A stretch of DNA of 64,000 bases from assembly GCA_951812955.1 (NCBI GenBank), contig OX638340.1:1280001-1344000 (forward strand). The letters are read 5' to 3'. Source of the DNA: an uncultured Gemmatimonadota bacterium (GTDB lineage: Bacteria > JAAXHH01). The notes under the pieces are model-generated. The model had not been told where the DNA came from. It did no database searches and was given only the letters and a program-made list of their open reading frames with translations. Shown one piece after another: positions 1 to 9,141 of this stretch. The translations under genes were made by a program, and so were the position numbers. Each line of letters opens with the position of its first letter. The stretch's first letter is position 1.

Positions 1-567
1 CGGATCGAGATCCTCCTAGACGGCCACGGATTCTTCCAGTTGCCCGCGGCATTACGTATCGCCGAGGCTGTACGGGACCTGAACCTGATGTGGCTCGAAG
101 ACGTCATGCGCCTGGACAACGTGGACACGCTCAGGGATTTCCGCGACAAGGCGGGCGTCCCCCTGGCCGTCAGCGAGATGTTCATCAGCCGGGAAGACTA
201 CCGGCACGTGCTGGAGAAAAACGCGGCCGACTACCTGATGGTGGATCCCACCTGGGTGGGCGGCATCAGCGAGACCAGGCGCCTGGCCGAAATGGCCCAG
301 GGCTACAACATCCCGGCAGCCATGCATGATTGTACCGGTCCTTTGACGCTCTTCGCGGGCATCCATGTCGCCACTTCCGTACCCAACGTCGTCATCCAGG
401 AGTCCGTCCGGGCCCATATCCGGACCTTCTACGATCTGCTCATCGAGCCCAACATCGTCATCGAGAACGGTTTTGCCCGGCCACCGGGGGGACCGGGCCT
501 GGGCACTCGACTGCGCCCGGAGCTTTTCGACCCTGATCACAGGGGATATCGGATCTCGCGAGGCTAA
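1..567 (+). CDS. Enolase-superfamily dehydratase/racemase (mandelate racemase/muconate lactonizing enzyme family), 5'-partial; the ORF continues in frame to window position 1.
   Basis: C-terminal region resembles enolase-superfamily dehydratases (DLNLMWLEDV..VSEMF region). No stop in frame back to window position 1. Confidence 0.65.
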   Translation, partial: RIEILLDGHGFFQLPAALRIAEAVRDLNLMWLEDVMRLDNVDTLRDFRDKAGVPLAVSEMFISREDYRHVLEKNAADYLMVDPTWVGGISETRRLAEMAQGYNIPAAMHDCTGPLTLFAGIHVATSVPNVVIQESVRAHIRTFYDLLIEPNIVIENGFARPPGGPGLGTRLRPELFDPDHRGYRISRG

Positions 568-610
568 TCTGGAGAACCTGCGGCACAGCACAGCAAAAAC
601 ATCCGGAACC

Positions 611-1435
611 ATGTCTATCAAACTAACCGATTACCACTTCGACGCGCTTGTGAATAAAGGGTACGTTGTTATTCACCGTTTCCTGCCGGAAGCACAGTGC
701 GCCGAGATGGCGGCTGCCGTACGGCGACTGCTGCCTCCGTGGGAGGAGATTGAAGATGACTCGCCGGATGACCGCAAGGAAGCCTGCTATTTCCCTTATT
801 CGGAACAGTGCCTGAACCAAGCCATCATCAATCCGGAAGCCATTCACTTTGCGCAACGCTGGCTTGAAACGGAACATATTCACTATCGACCGGGACTGGC
901 GCTCGTCCGGTATCCGGGCTTCAAGGGTAATCGCGGCAAGAGTCATATCGATAACGGCAACAATTCGTTGCTGCCGCCGACGGAAACGGACCACACCCAC
1001 GCACAGCTGAATTTCTGGTTCTATCTCGAAGATGTTGCCGCCGACCAGGCACCGACCCTTTTTATCGCAAATAACGACAATCTCGACCTTAGCAAATCGG
1101 AAGCCATGGTGGCGCCTGCGGGTTCGGTGTGCGTTTTTCACAACTATACGCAGCATGCCGCCAGCGATTATGCGCGCAGCCAGGGGCAACGATACGTATG
1201 GAAATTCGCATTCGGCCGAGCGGACCACTACTGGGAGGGCGTGCTGCACTACACGGATGCCGGCAAGGATAAACACTTCCGGGAATTCATCGGATCCATT
1301 TCCGCCAGGGAACGCGAACTGTTCCGCTTCCCACCTGCCGGCCACCCATACTACACCGAACAGACCCTCGCGGCGCTGGAGGAACAATACCCGGGATGGA
1401 ATCGACGCAACGAGTACGCGTTTCAGTCCGGGTGA
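611..1435 (+). CDS. Phytanoyl-CoA dioxygenase (PhyH) family Fe(II)/2-oxoglutarate-dependent oxygenase.
   Basis: ATG at 611. ~275 aa with a PhyH-like layout; histidine-containing motifs in the double-stranded beta-helix region. Confidence 0.7.
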   Translation: MSIKLTDYHFDALVNKGYVVIHRFLPEAQCAEMAAAVRRLLPPWEEIEDDSPDDRKEACYFPYSEQCLNQAIINPEAIHFAQRWLETEHIHYRPGLALVRYPGFKGNRGKSHIDNGNNSLLPPTETDHTHAQLNFWFYLEDVAADQAPTLFIANNDNLDLSKSEAMVAPAGSVCVFHNYTQHAASDYARSQGQRYVWKFAFGRADHYWEGVLHYTDAGKDKHFREFIGSISARERELFRFPPAGHPYYTEQTLAALEEQYPGWNRRNEYAFQSG

Positions 1436-1529
1436 ATCGTCCGGGAAGGAAGTATTGCTGATCGTCTGGCCTGAAGAAACGGCCATGTAACCGGACCGCC
1501 TTCTTGGCTACCCAATCAAGGGAATAACC

Positions 1530-2306
1530 ATGCTAAAGGCCGAGATAGTCGAAGCGGTTGATATCGAGCGCGCCGCCGCCATCTTCCACCGGGACGGATT
1601 CGTCTGCGTAAGCGACCCCATGGACGAGAAACAGTTCGCCCTGAACCGCTCGGGCGCCGAACGTGTTATGCAGGAGCAGGAAGCCGAATTCGGGCGTGAA
1701 AAAATGAACCGGGGGTTCGCGCGTCAATCTTTCGGAAGTCAGTTGCACAACTGGGAGTGGTGCATCCTGATCGACTTGCCGACAATACTGCCGATATTAG
1801 ATACGATCTGGAGTAGCGACGACTATACCTGCACCGGCGCCGGGGGCGACTATTCCCTGCCTGGCGCGAAGATCCAGCACCTGCACTCCGATCGGAAAGA
1901 GGACATTTTCAATGATCCCCAGGGGCGGGTCAGCCTCCGGGACGTCCCGGCGCCCTTTATCGTAATCAACTTCACCATGGTGGATTTCACCGTGGAAAAC
2001 GGCGCCATCCGGTTCATTCCCGGCACCCATCGATCCCATGCGCCGATCCCTTCACTCGAAGAGGAACCGGAATGGATGCGCACCAACCACCTGTGCGCGC
2101 CGGCGAACACGGCCATCATCCGCGACGTGCGCTGCTGGCACGGGGGCACGGCGAACAACTCGGACATGAAACGGCCGATGACAAGCGTGGGATTCCATGC
2201 GCCGTGGCACCGCGCAGTCGAGGAGAAAACCTTGCCGAGGGAGCACTATAATCGGCTGTCTGCGCGGGCCCAGCGGCTGTGCCGGCATATCGTGGAGGCG
2301 GCATAG
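1530..2306 (+). CDS. Phytanoyl-CoA dioxygenase (PhyH) family protein; tandem paralog of the preceding gene.
   Basis: 258 aa ORF with the conserved PhyH-like HxD...H arrangement (IQHLHSD...GTHRSH). SD-like sequence upstream. Confidence 0.7.
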   Translation: MLKAEIVEAVDIERAAAIFHRDGFVCVSDPMDEKQFALNRSGAERVMQEQEAEFGREKMNRGFARQSFGSQLHNWEWCILIDLPTILPILDTIWSSDDYTCTGAGGDYSLPGAKIQHLHSDRKEDIFNDPQGRVSLRDVPAPFIVINFTMVDFTVENGAIRFIPGTHRSHAPIPSLEEEPEWMRTNHLCAPANTAIIRDVRCWHGGTANNSDMKRPMTSVGFHAPWHRAVEEKTLPREHYNRLSARAQRLCRHIVEAA

Positions 2307-2402
2307 GCTGTCCTCCGGGCTCATTCAATTGACTCGGTATCCTCTGTAGGGTGTAGTAACACGCTACCGACAGAAGAATTGAATCTGGATGTCAAGATAA
2401 TG

Positions 2403-2431
2403 TTGACAATATGCACACATTGTGTGATAAT
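2403..2431 (+). promoter_or_regulatory. Sigma70-like promoter TTGACA-17 nt-GATAAT ending 6 nt before the brnT ATG (leaderless or near-leaderless). A perfect 6-1-6 palindrome CACACA-T-TGTGTG sits between -35 and -10 and is a likely antitoxin operator.
   Basis: Direct sequence match to -35/-10 consensus with 17-bp spacing. Palindrome overlaps the spacer, as is typical for TA autoregulation. Confidence 0.4.
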
Positions 2432-2437
2432 TGACGT

Positions 2438-2722
2438 ATGGACATCGACTTCGACTGGAGCACCGAAAAGAATCGGCAGCTCATCGAGCAGCGGGAAATC
2501 TCGTTTGAGCGCGTTGTCGTTGCCATAGAGCAAGGCGGCTTGGTGGACGTGCTTGAACATCCAAACAAGGATGACTACCCGGGACAGTTGATCTACGCCG
2601 TGGAAATCGACCAGTACATACACCTCGTGCCTTTCGTGACGCAGAGCGATGGCACTCGCTTTCTGAAGCCGATCATTCCCAGCCGGAAGGCCACGAGAGA
2701 TTACAGGAGGAGGACATTGTGA
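2438..2722 (+). CDS. brnT: BrnT-family (DUF497) type II toxin, ribonuclease.
   Basis: 94 aa with a BrnT/DUF497-like sequence. 4-bp overlap (ATGA) with the downstream antitoxin gene. Confidence 0.75.
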   Translation: MDIDFDWSTEKNRQLIEQREISFERVVVAIEQGGLVDVLEHPNKDDYPGQLIYAVEIDQYIHLVPFVTQSDGTRFLKPIIPSRKATRDYRRRTL

Positions 2723-2994
2723 GTAAGGAATTGAGCGCTGAAGAACGCGACGTGCTCGAACGATTCGAGCGGGACGAGTTACGCTCCGCCGCTGACGCCG
2801 AACACGAGGCCGAGTTGGCCAGGCAGGCGGCTCGCAATACGTTCAACAAGACCAAGCGAGTGAATCTCCGGGTGACCGAACGCGACTTCAATCTCGCGCA
2901 CGCGAGAGCCAGGGAAGAGGGGATACCCTATCAGACGCTGCTGTCCAGCGTCATCCACAAGTACCTGTCAGGTCGCCTTACAGAGAAGAAGTAG
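2719..2994 (+). CDS. brnA: BrnA-family antitoxin (CopG/RHH-like).
   Basis: 91 aa with a BrnA-like C-terminal region (YQTLLSSVIHKYL). Translationally coupled to brnT. Confidence 0.7.
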   Translation: MSKELSAEERDVLERFERDELRSAADAEHEAELARQAARNTFNKTKRVNLRVTERDFNLAHARAREEGIPYQTLLSSVIHKYLSGRLTEKK

Positions 2995-3225
2995 GCCGAA
3001 TAAACTGCCTTCGCCTCCACTAATTTAGTAGTAATTAGTATTATATTGGTAGTGAGGAACTGGTATTCCTTGTATCACGTGAAAATCTACAATGAGAATA
3101 CCCAAGACACCTCCCGATTTCGCTGACCTGATCACTTTCTGGTCGACAAGAACGGCAACCAATTCAGTTATGATCTGGTAGACCCTATCCCCAGTTTCTT
3201 ACACGCGAAGAGTTGCCAGGGATAA

Positions 3226-3357
3226 AGGGTCATAAGTCAGACAGCCCGTACGGATCTGCTGGAGCTTTACGAGCGCGGACTCTTCAGCAAGCAGAAGATA
3301 GGCAGGAAGTGGGTTTTCGATGCACCGGAAGATTTGGAGGAGAGGCTGGCTGGTTAA
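3226..3357 (+). pseudogene. Fragment (C-terminal ~40 aa) of an HTH_17/excisionase-family DNA-binding protein with no start codon; a relic.
   Basis: In-frame translation ..DLLELYERGLFSKQKIGRKWVFDAPEDLEERLAG* resembles the C-terminal recognition-helix/wing of excisionase-family HTH proteins (KIGRxWxF). Preceded by a stop, with no ATG/GTG. Lies in a lower-GC 0.5 kb non-coding stretch. Confidence 0.3.
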
Positions 3358-3514
3358 CCAGGCTAGTCCTTTGCCACCCCTGGTCGACACTCGAAGCAGA
3401 CATCCCGAAGTAAAAATCCGATGATGGACAGATTTGCCTCTGTCTCCATCGCCGCACCGTAATCCTTAAATCCATCCAATCACATCAGCCGGCTTCAAAT
3501 CTCAGACTCGCTAC

Positions 3515-4360
3515 CTACCGCTCCCACGTCCTCTTCTTGTCATCCGCGCAGGAGATTGTCAACGCGGGACCCAGTTTGTCGATGCTCAAGTGCAGGTGAT
3601 CGCCGTCCTGGACCGGGCTGAGGGCGTAGTGGTGCGTGCCCGTGGAGACGACGTCGCCGGGTTCGAGGGTGACAACGGCCGTCACTTCGGCGAGGAGTTC
3701 GGGGATGTGCCGCGCCATTTCGCCGGTGGAGAAATCGTGCTTGAGGTTGTCGTTGATCCACATCTTCGCGGGCAGGTCGTTGGCGTCGCCCACCTCGTCG
3801 GCCGTGACCAGCGCGGGCCCCATGGGACCGAAGGTGTGCCAGCTCTTGCCCAGAAAGAAGCCGCCGGGCAGTCCGCGGGCCGAGACGTCGATGAACTGGG
3901 TGTAGCCGAAGATGTGGTCTAGGGCCTCGTCCGCGCTGAGCTTGCTGGCGCGCTTGCCGATGACGATGGCGAGTTCGGGCTCGAAGTGGAAGACCGAAGC
4001 ATCGGTGTCGGGCAGTTCCACTACCGCGTTCTGGCCCATGACGGAGGTGTTGGATTTCAGAAATGCGTTGAAGGTTTCCTTGGTCGGGTGATCCGGTTCG
4101 ATGTAGTTCCCCGCCAGGCAGAGCAGTTGGCCGGGACGGGGGACCGGTGCCCTCAGACTGACCGAGGACAGAGGCGTACCGGACTGCCCCTGCGCGGCGT
4201 CGGCGATGCTTGGGCCGTAGGAATCCCAACCGCTGATTACCGCATCCAACTGCGCCTGGGGGCTGGATGCGCCGATACCCGCTACGGCGTCCGAAACGTC
4301 TTTGATCGTGTCATGCTCGATTACGCCCAGGGTATAGTCGTTGTAGTATGCCAGTTTCAC
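3515..4360 (-). CDS. Fumarylacetoacetate hydrolase (FAH) family protein (2-keto-4-pentenoate hydratase/2-oxohepta-3-ene-1,7-dioate hydratase-like).
   Basis: 281 aa with FAH-fold features (FEPELAIVIGK, GDVVSTGT). Confidence 0.75.
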   Translation of the reverse strand: MKLAYYNDYTLGVIEHDTIKDVSDAVAGIGASSPQAQLDAVISGWDSYGPSIADAAQGQSGTPLSSVSLRAPVPRPGQLLCLAGNYIEPDHPTKETFNAFLKSNTSVMGQNAVVELPDTDASVFHFEPELAIVIGKRASKLSADEALDHIFGYTQFIDVSARGLPGGFFLGKSWHTFGPMGPALVTADEVGDANDLPAKMWINDNLKHDFSTGEMARHIPELLAEVTAVVTLEPGDVVSTGTHHYALSPVQDGDHLHLSIDKLGPALTISCADDKKRTWER

Positions 4361-4545
4361 GTAAGCCTCCTGTTTACGGACGGTTTGCGAATCTGAAATC
4401 TGTTTTAGTACACTGTTGCCGGAAATGGACGAACTAATATAACCGGACCCGGCGTTCAGTCAACTTCAATCCCTACTATTGGATCTATCTTCTTTTCAAC
4501 TAGATTTCCCGTGCTGATTCCCATTCCATTGCTGCCCTGCGGCCC

Positions 4546-4638
4546 GACCTGGATGCCCACCTCAGTTTGACCTGGATGCCCACCTCAGCTTGACCTGCAT
4601 GCCCATCTCAATCCTGCCTGCATACCCATCTCAGAACG
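4546..4638. repeat. Four degenerate tandem copies of a 23-bp unit (gacctggatgcccacctcagYtt) spanning the stop codon of the TonB receptor gene.
   Basis: Read directly: units at 4546, 4569, 4592 and 4616. The stop TGA (minus strand) at 4631-4633 lies in the last unit. Confidence 0.7.
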
Positions 4639-7600
4639 TATACCTTACCCCAATCTGGACCTGCCACCTGGATGAGAGGTTGGTAGTCTGGAACACGTCC
4701 TCACGGTCGATTTTCCCATCTTCGTTGGCGTCCCGGACCCGGAGGTCCAGGTCCGGCCTGCCCTGTTCGTCGTATCCGTCGAAATTGAACAGGCCTGCGG
4801 CGTCGAACAGCACGTAGCGGCTCTGACCCCAGGCGCCGTTGATCAGGTTGGCCAGGTTCAACACGTCCAGCGTCAATTCGAAGTGGTGGGTCCGAATCGA
4901 GGGCAGTTCCTGGATCAGGCGCAGGTCCAACCGGTTTCGCCACGGCGAGCGGGACGCGTTGCGTTTGACGATGGCGCCCCGGGCCGCGCGCAAAACGGGA
5001 TCGGAATCGACAAAAGCGTCGATCGCCCTCCACTCGTCGTCGGTTACCATTGCGCTGACGTCGCTCCTGCTCGCCGGGATGTAGGCGAGGTCGTTGCCCC
5101 TTATGCCGTCGCCGTTCACGTCGTCGGCGTACATGTAGCTGTAGGGATCTCCCGCGCTGCCTTCGTAAAAGAGGGAGAGCGTCGTGGCGAGTCCCCGTCC
5201 GAATTCGTATTTCCATGACCCGGTGGCCAGGACCCGGTGACGGACTTCGAAATCGGACGTTGCGGTCGTCTCGCCGTTGGGGTCGTCGGTCTCGTTGTAC
5301 TGCCAGTTGGAGATGGCGCGGCTGGACCGTCCGCTGTTGACGTCCTCGGCGTCCTGGAACACGTAGGCGACGCTTCCGAAGAGCCCGGGCAGAAAGGACG
5401 CGTTCCCTCTCTTGCGTAGGCGCAGTGTCAGGTTGAACTGGCGCCCCTTGTCCGTGTTCTCCAGGAGTATGACATTGGTGAAATCGCCGCTGACCGTCTT
5501 CCCAGCGTAGTCGGACCGGCCGTCCGGAGTCCTTCCCGTCGGGCGGCCGTTGTCGCCGATGTTGAGGTTGCGGAAACGGACCTCGTCGATGTTACGGGCA
5601 AGCAGGAGTTCCACGGTTCCGACCAGATCCAGGGGCAGTCTGCGGTCGAGGGCGAGGTTGGCGCGAAAAACCCGGGGCAGCCGAAATTCCGGGTCGATGA
5701 CGTTTACCTCCGAGGTCTCGGGCGCGTCGAGACGGCCATCCAGCGGAAGCGGTTGCGCGAAAGGATCCGCCACGAACGCAGGAACGTCCTGGTCCCGGAA
5801 GGATGCAAGATCGATGCGGGTGAAATCCACCCCCGTGTTGCTGTACGCGTTGGAGAGCCAAACGGCCGGCGGCAGCCCCGCGAAAACCCCGCCGCCGCCG
5901 CGGAACTGCGTCCCGCGGTCCCCTCCCGCGTCGAAGTTGAACCCGAAGCGCGGCGACCAGAGGATCCGGCCGCCCGGAGTCCGGTCCGTCCGATGTCCGG
6001 CGAACTGGCGGGCGAATCGGTCGTTGGACAGAGGTTTGTCCGGCAGGATCGGCACTTCGGCCCGCAATCCGAATTTCACGCTGAGCCGAGGACTGATCCG
6101 CCAATTGTCCTGCGCGTAGAATCCCATCTGCACGTAGTCCCACGCGGCGCGGGGCTGTTCGACGCCGGGCACCATAGATCGGCTAAGGAGGTAGCGGGTA
6201 GGCTCACCACGCTCAAAGGCCTCGATGCCGTCGAACTCGTAGGCGCCGTAGTAGTCCTGAATGAACAGGTTGTCGAAAGAAATGAACTCGTTGTGCGTGC
6301 CGATCGTTATGGTATGATCCGCCCTGAACAGGTGAAGGTCGTTGGTGAATTCGAAGGTGTCCTGGTTCAGCGCGTTGGCCTGGGAGAACCGCTCCACGCC
6401 AAGCCGGACCTCGCCGAGGAACGCTCCGCCTGCCTCTTCGAGGTCGATCTGTACCTGGGGGAAGGTGCCGGACAGCGGCGACCTGCTGTCCCGCACGCGG
6501 CTGTAGGACAACCGAGCTTCATTGGCCAGGCTGCCGGAGAAAGTGCTGTTGAGTTGCGCGACCGTGGACTGGGTGACGTTATCGCGTGTAAACTGGTTGC
6601 TGGTCAGTGTAAAGATTGTGCGACCCCGGCGCAATCCGTCGTCCAGGTCGCCGGTTACATAGTTGTGGCGCAGGGTGAGCCGGTGCCTGGAAGACAGGTT
6701 GACGTCAAGCCGCCCGAAGAATTTCTCATTACGCGTGCGCTGAGAAAAGGGATCGAATCCCCCGGCATCATAGCCGTAATTGTCGCGGGCGATGTCCACG
6801 ATTTGCTGAAGGGCAGCCGACCCGGCGCCGAAACGGATGGGCTGGCCTGAATCCGCGGGACCGACGCTCGAAGGACTTGCACGCCGCCGCAGTTCACCGT
6901 TGATGAAGAAGAAAACCCGGTTGGTGACCAACGGTCCACCAAGCCGAAAACCAAGCTGATAGTCGGCAAAATCTCCGAATTTGTCGCCTTCCAGGTCCCC
7001 CACCAGGGATTCGTTCCGGCCGAAATAGTACAGGGAGCCGCGGAACCGGTTCGTTCCACTGCGCGTTACCGCGTTGATGAGCCCGCCCGCGAATCCACCC
7101 GAACGGACGTCAAAGGGCGCCACCTGGACCTGAAACTCTTCGATGGCATCGAGGCTGATCAGCTGGGCATTCACCTGCCCTGTGGGCAGACCCTCGTTCG
7201 ACAGCCCGAAGGCATCGTTCAGCACGGCGCCGTCCACCTGGAAGTTGTTCATGCGGTTGTTCTTACCCGCGATACTTTGCCCGCCGGCTTTCGACGCCGC
7301 TTCAGGCGCCAGCCGGGTATAGTCCTGTATGCTCCGGGCAATGGATGGCAGCCGGGCGATTTCGTTGGCCGTGACGTGGGTCTCGGTTCCGATGTTCGAT
7401 GCGTTGAGCACCTCGTCCCTGTGGGCTGTGACGACGACTGCCTCGGTCTCGATGACGTCCTCGCGCAACCCGAAGTTCACACGCAGGTTCTGCCCCATCG
7501 ACAGGGTTACATCCCGGCGGACAGCGGTTTGATATCCGATATAACTGACTCGTATCTCGTACGGACCGCCGGTCCTGAGTCCCGCAATGTTGTACCGCCC

Positions 7601-7792
7601 GTCGGCACGGGAAAACACGCCTGAAGAGACTCCCGTGGGCTCATGCAGGGCGATCACGGTGGCGTCAGGGAGCGGCGCACCATTGTCATCCAGAATCCTG
7701 CCGTTGAGCGTCGCGGTTGTAATGCCCTGCGCGTTGACCAGGGTCGATGTGGGAAGGACCAGAATCAGAATAGTTCGGAGCAAGATACGCAT
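4631..7792 (-). CDS. TonB-dependent receptor with N-terminal carboxypeptidase-regulatory-like domain plus plug and 22-strand barrel.
   Basis: Signal peptide MRILLRTILILVLPTSTLVNAQG, CarbopepD_reg-like RILDDNGAPLPDATV..GRYNIAGLRTGGPYEIRVSYIGY, and C-terminal ..VRYTF terminal aromatic. 1053 aa. Confidence 0.85.
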   Translation of the reverse strand: MRILLRTILILVLPTSTLVNAQGITTATLNGRILDDNGAPLPDATVIALHEPTGVSSGVFSRADGRYNIAGLRTGGPYEIRVSYIGYQTAVRRDVTLSMGQNLRVNFGLREDVIETEAVVVTAHRDEVLNASNIGTETHVTANEIARLPSIARSIQDYTRLAPEAASKAGGQSIAGKNNRMNNFQVDGAVLNDAFGLSNEGLPTGQVNAQLISLDAIEEFQVQVAPFDVRSGGFAGGLINAVTRSGTNRFRGSLYYFGRNESLVGDLEGDKFGDFADYQLGFRLGGPLVTNRVFFFINGELRRRASPSSVGPADSGQPIRFGAGSAALQQIVDIARDNYGYDAGGFDPFSQRTRNEKFFGRLDVNLSSRHRLTLRHNYVTGDLDDGLRRGRTIFTLTSNQFTRDNVTQSTVAQLNSTFSGSLANEARLSYSRVRDSRSPLSGTFPQVQIDLEEAGGAFLGEVRLGVERFSQANALNQDTFEFTNDLHLFRADHTITIGTHNEFISFDNLFIQDYYGAYEFDGIEAFERGEPTRYLLSRSMVPGVEQPRAAWDYVQMGFYAQDNWRISPRLSVKFGLRAEVPILPDKPLSNDRFARQFAGHRTDRTPGGRILWSPRFGFNFDAGGDRGTQFRGGGGVFAGLPPAVWLSNAYSNTGVDFTRIDLASFRDQDVPAFVADPFAQPLPLDGRLDAPETSEVNVIDPEFRLPRVFRANLALDRRLPLDLVGTVELLLARNIDEVRFRNLNIGDNGRPTGRTPDGRSDYAGKTVSGDFTNVILLENTDKGRQFNLTLRLRKRGNASFLPGLFGSVAYVFQDAEDVNSGRSSRAISNWQYNETDDPNGETTATSDFEVRHRVLATGSWKYEFGRGLATTLSLFYEGSAGDPYSYMYADDVNGDGIRGNDLAYIPASRSDVSAMVTDDEWRAIDAFVDSDPVLRAARGAIVKRNASRSPWRNRLDLRLIQELPSIRTHHFELTLDVLNLANLINGAWGQSRYVLFDAAGLFNFDGYDEQGRPDLDLRVRDANEDGKIDREDVFQTTNLSSRWQVQIGVRYTF

Positions 7793-7915
7793 GGCTGGTT
7801 ATGTCCCGGATCGATAAATCGTTGCACAATATCACGAATGTCGAATATAATACCCCACAAGCCTGAAAACGACACGGAACTTCGATGCGCTTTCGTAAAA
7901 TGGCAAATCGGTGCC

Positions 7916-8023
7916 GGTCACACAGAGCCTGGCCGCCTGTCACACAGAACCTGGCCGCCGGTCACGCAGAGCCCGGCTTCATGTCATGTACAGCCGACCT
8001 CATGTCACGTATAGCCCGACCTC
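7916..8023. repeat. Five degenerate tandem copies of a ~22-bp unit (Rgtcacacagagcctggccgcc) in the divergent intergenic region between the TonB receptor and uxuA.
   Basis: Read directly: units start near 7916, 7938, 7960, 7981 and 8002. Confidence 0.65.
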
Positions 8024-8065
8024 CTGACCAGTCCTATAGGTCGTATACCAGAAAAGGAGCCTGCC

Positions 8066-9076
8066 ATGGCGTTGATGGAAATTGAACCCGGTCTCAAGAT
8101 CGCGGGTCAGATGTCTCCCGAACCGACGCGGGAAGACCTGGAGTTCGCCCAGCAGTTGGGCATAGAATACGTCTGTCTGTGGACGGACGGTGAACACGCG
8201 AACTACGACTATTTCATGAGCCGCAGGGAGATCTACGAGGAAGCAGGCATCAAGATCTACGGATTCGGCAACAGCGACGTGCACAACCAGGATGCCATTG
8301 TGCTCAACCTGCCGAACCGGGACGCGAAAGTGGAGCAGTACAAGAGATACATTCGCGACCTCGGCAGGGCGGGCATCCCCTATACGACGTACGCACACAT
8401 GGGCAACGGAATCTGGAGCACGGAGCGGGAGACCACCCGCGGCGGCGCCCCGGCCCGGGGTTTCGACCTGGCCAGCGCCGAGGAGGGGCACTGGGGCGGC
8501 CGGTTGTTCAGGATGCCGCTGACCCACGGACGAGTGTACAGCGAGGACGAAATATGGGACAATTTCGCCCATTTCGTCGGTGAAGTCGCGCCCGTCGCCG
8601 AAGAGGCCGGCGTCCGGATCGGCATTCATCCGGACGATCCTCCCCAGCCGGAACTCGGCGGCATTCCGCGGTGTATTTTCAGCAGTTTCGACGGCTATTA
8701 CCGGGCCATGGAGATCGCCGACAGCCCGAACGTGGGGCTCTGCTTCTGTATCGGCTGCTGGCTAGAGGGCGGATCGCTGATGGGCAGGGGCGTGGAAGAT
8801 TCGCTGCGACATTTCGGCGAACAGGGCAAGGTCTTCAAGGTCCACTACCGCAACGTGGACCAGCCGCTGCCTCATTTCGTGGAGACCTTCATCGATAACG
8901 GATATTTCGACATGTACCAGGCCGCGCGGGTCCTGGAAGAAACCGGCTTCTACGGGGTCATGATTCCTGATCACATTCCCGAGATGGCGGGAGACGGCCG
9001 GATCGGCTACGCCTACTCGATCGCGTACATGAAGGCGCACGCGGACCGGGCGAGAGCGGAATGCGCCGCCGCGTAA
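8066..9076 (+). CDS. uxuA: D-mannonate dehydratase UxuA.
   Basis: Conserved VAEEAGVRIGIHPDDPP motif and IPDHIP/PDHG region match the UxuA xylose-isomerase-like TIM-barrel family. Confidence 0.8.
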   Translation: MALMEIEPGLKIAGQMSPEPTREDLEFAQQLGIEYVCLWTDGEHANYDYFMSRREIYEEAGIKIYGFGNSDVHNQDAIVLNLPNRDAKVEQYKRYIRDLGRAGIPYTTYAHMGNGIWSTERETTRGGAPARGFDLASAEEGHWGGRLFRMPLTHGRVYSEDEIWDNFAHFVGEVAPVAEEAGVRIGIHPDDPPQPELGGIPRCIFSSFDGYYRAMEIADSPNVGLCFCIGCWLEGGSLMGRGVEDSLRHFGEQGKVFKVHYRNVDQPLPHFVETFIDNGYFDMYQAARVLEETGFYGVMIPDHIPEMAGDGRIGYAYSIAYMKAHADRARAECAAA

Positions 9077-9141
9077 GTGTATAGCGGGCCGGGCGAGAGC
9101 AAAGTGCGCCGCCGCGTAAGCGTAAACGACTGTTCCTGACC

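Noticed and set aside
4701-6850. Long ORFs antisense to or overlapping the TonB receptor gene (e.g. 4701-5216, 5753-6850 +, 5592-6143 -).
   Set aside because: High-GC DNA leaves alternative frames open by chance. The translations are Arg/Pro/Gly-rich low-complexity with no domain signatures and fully overlap a well-supported gene.
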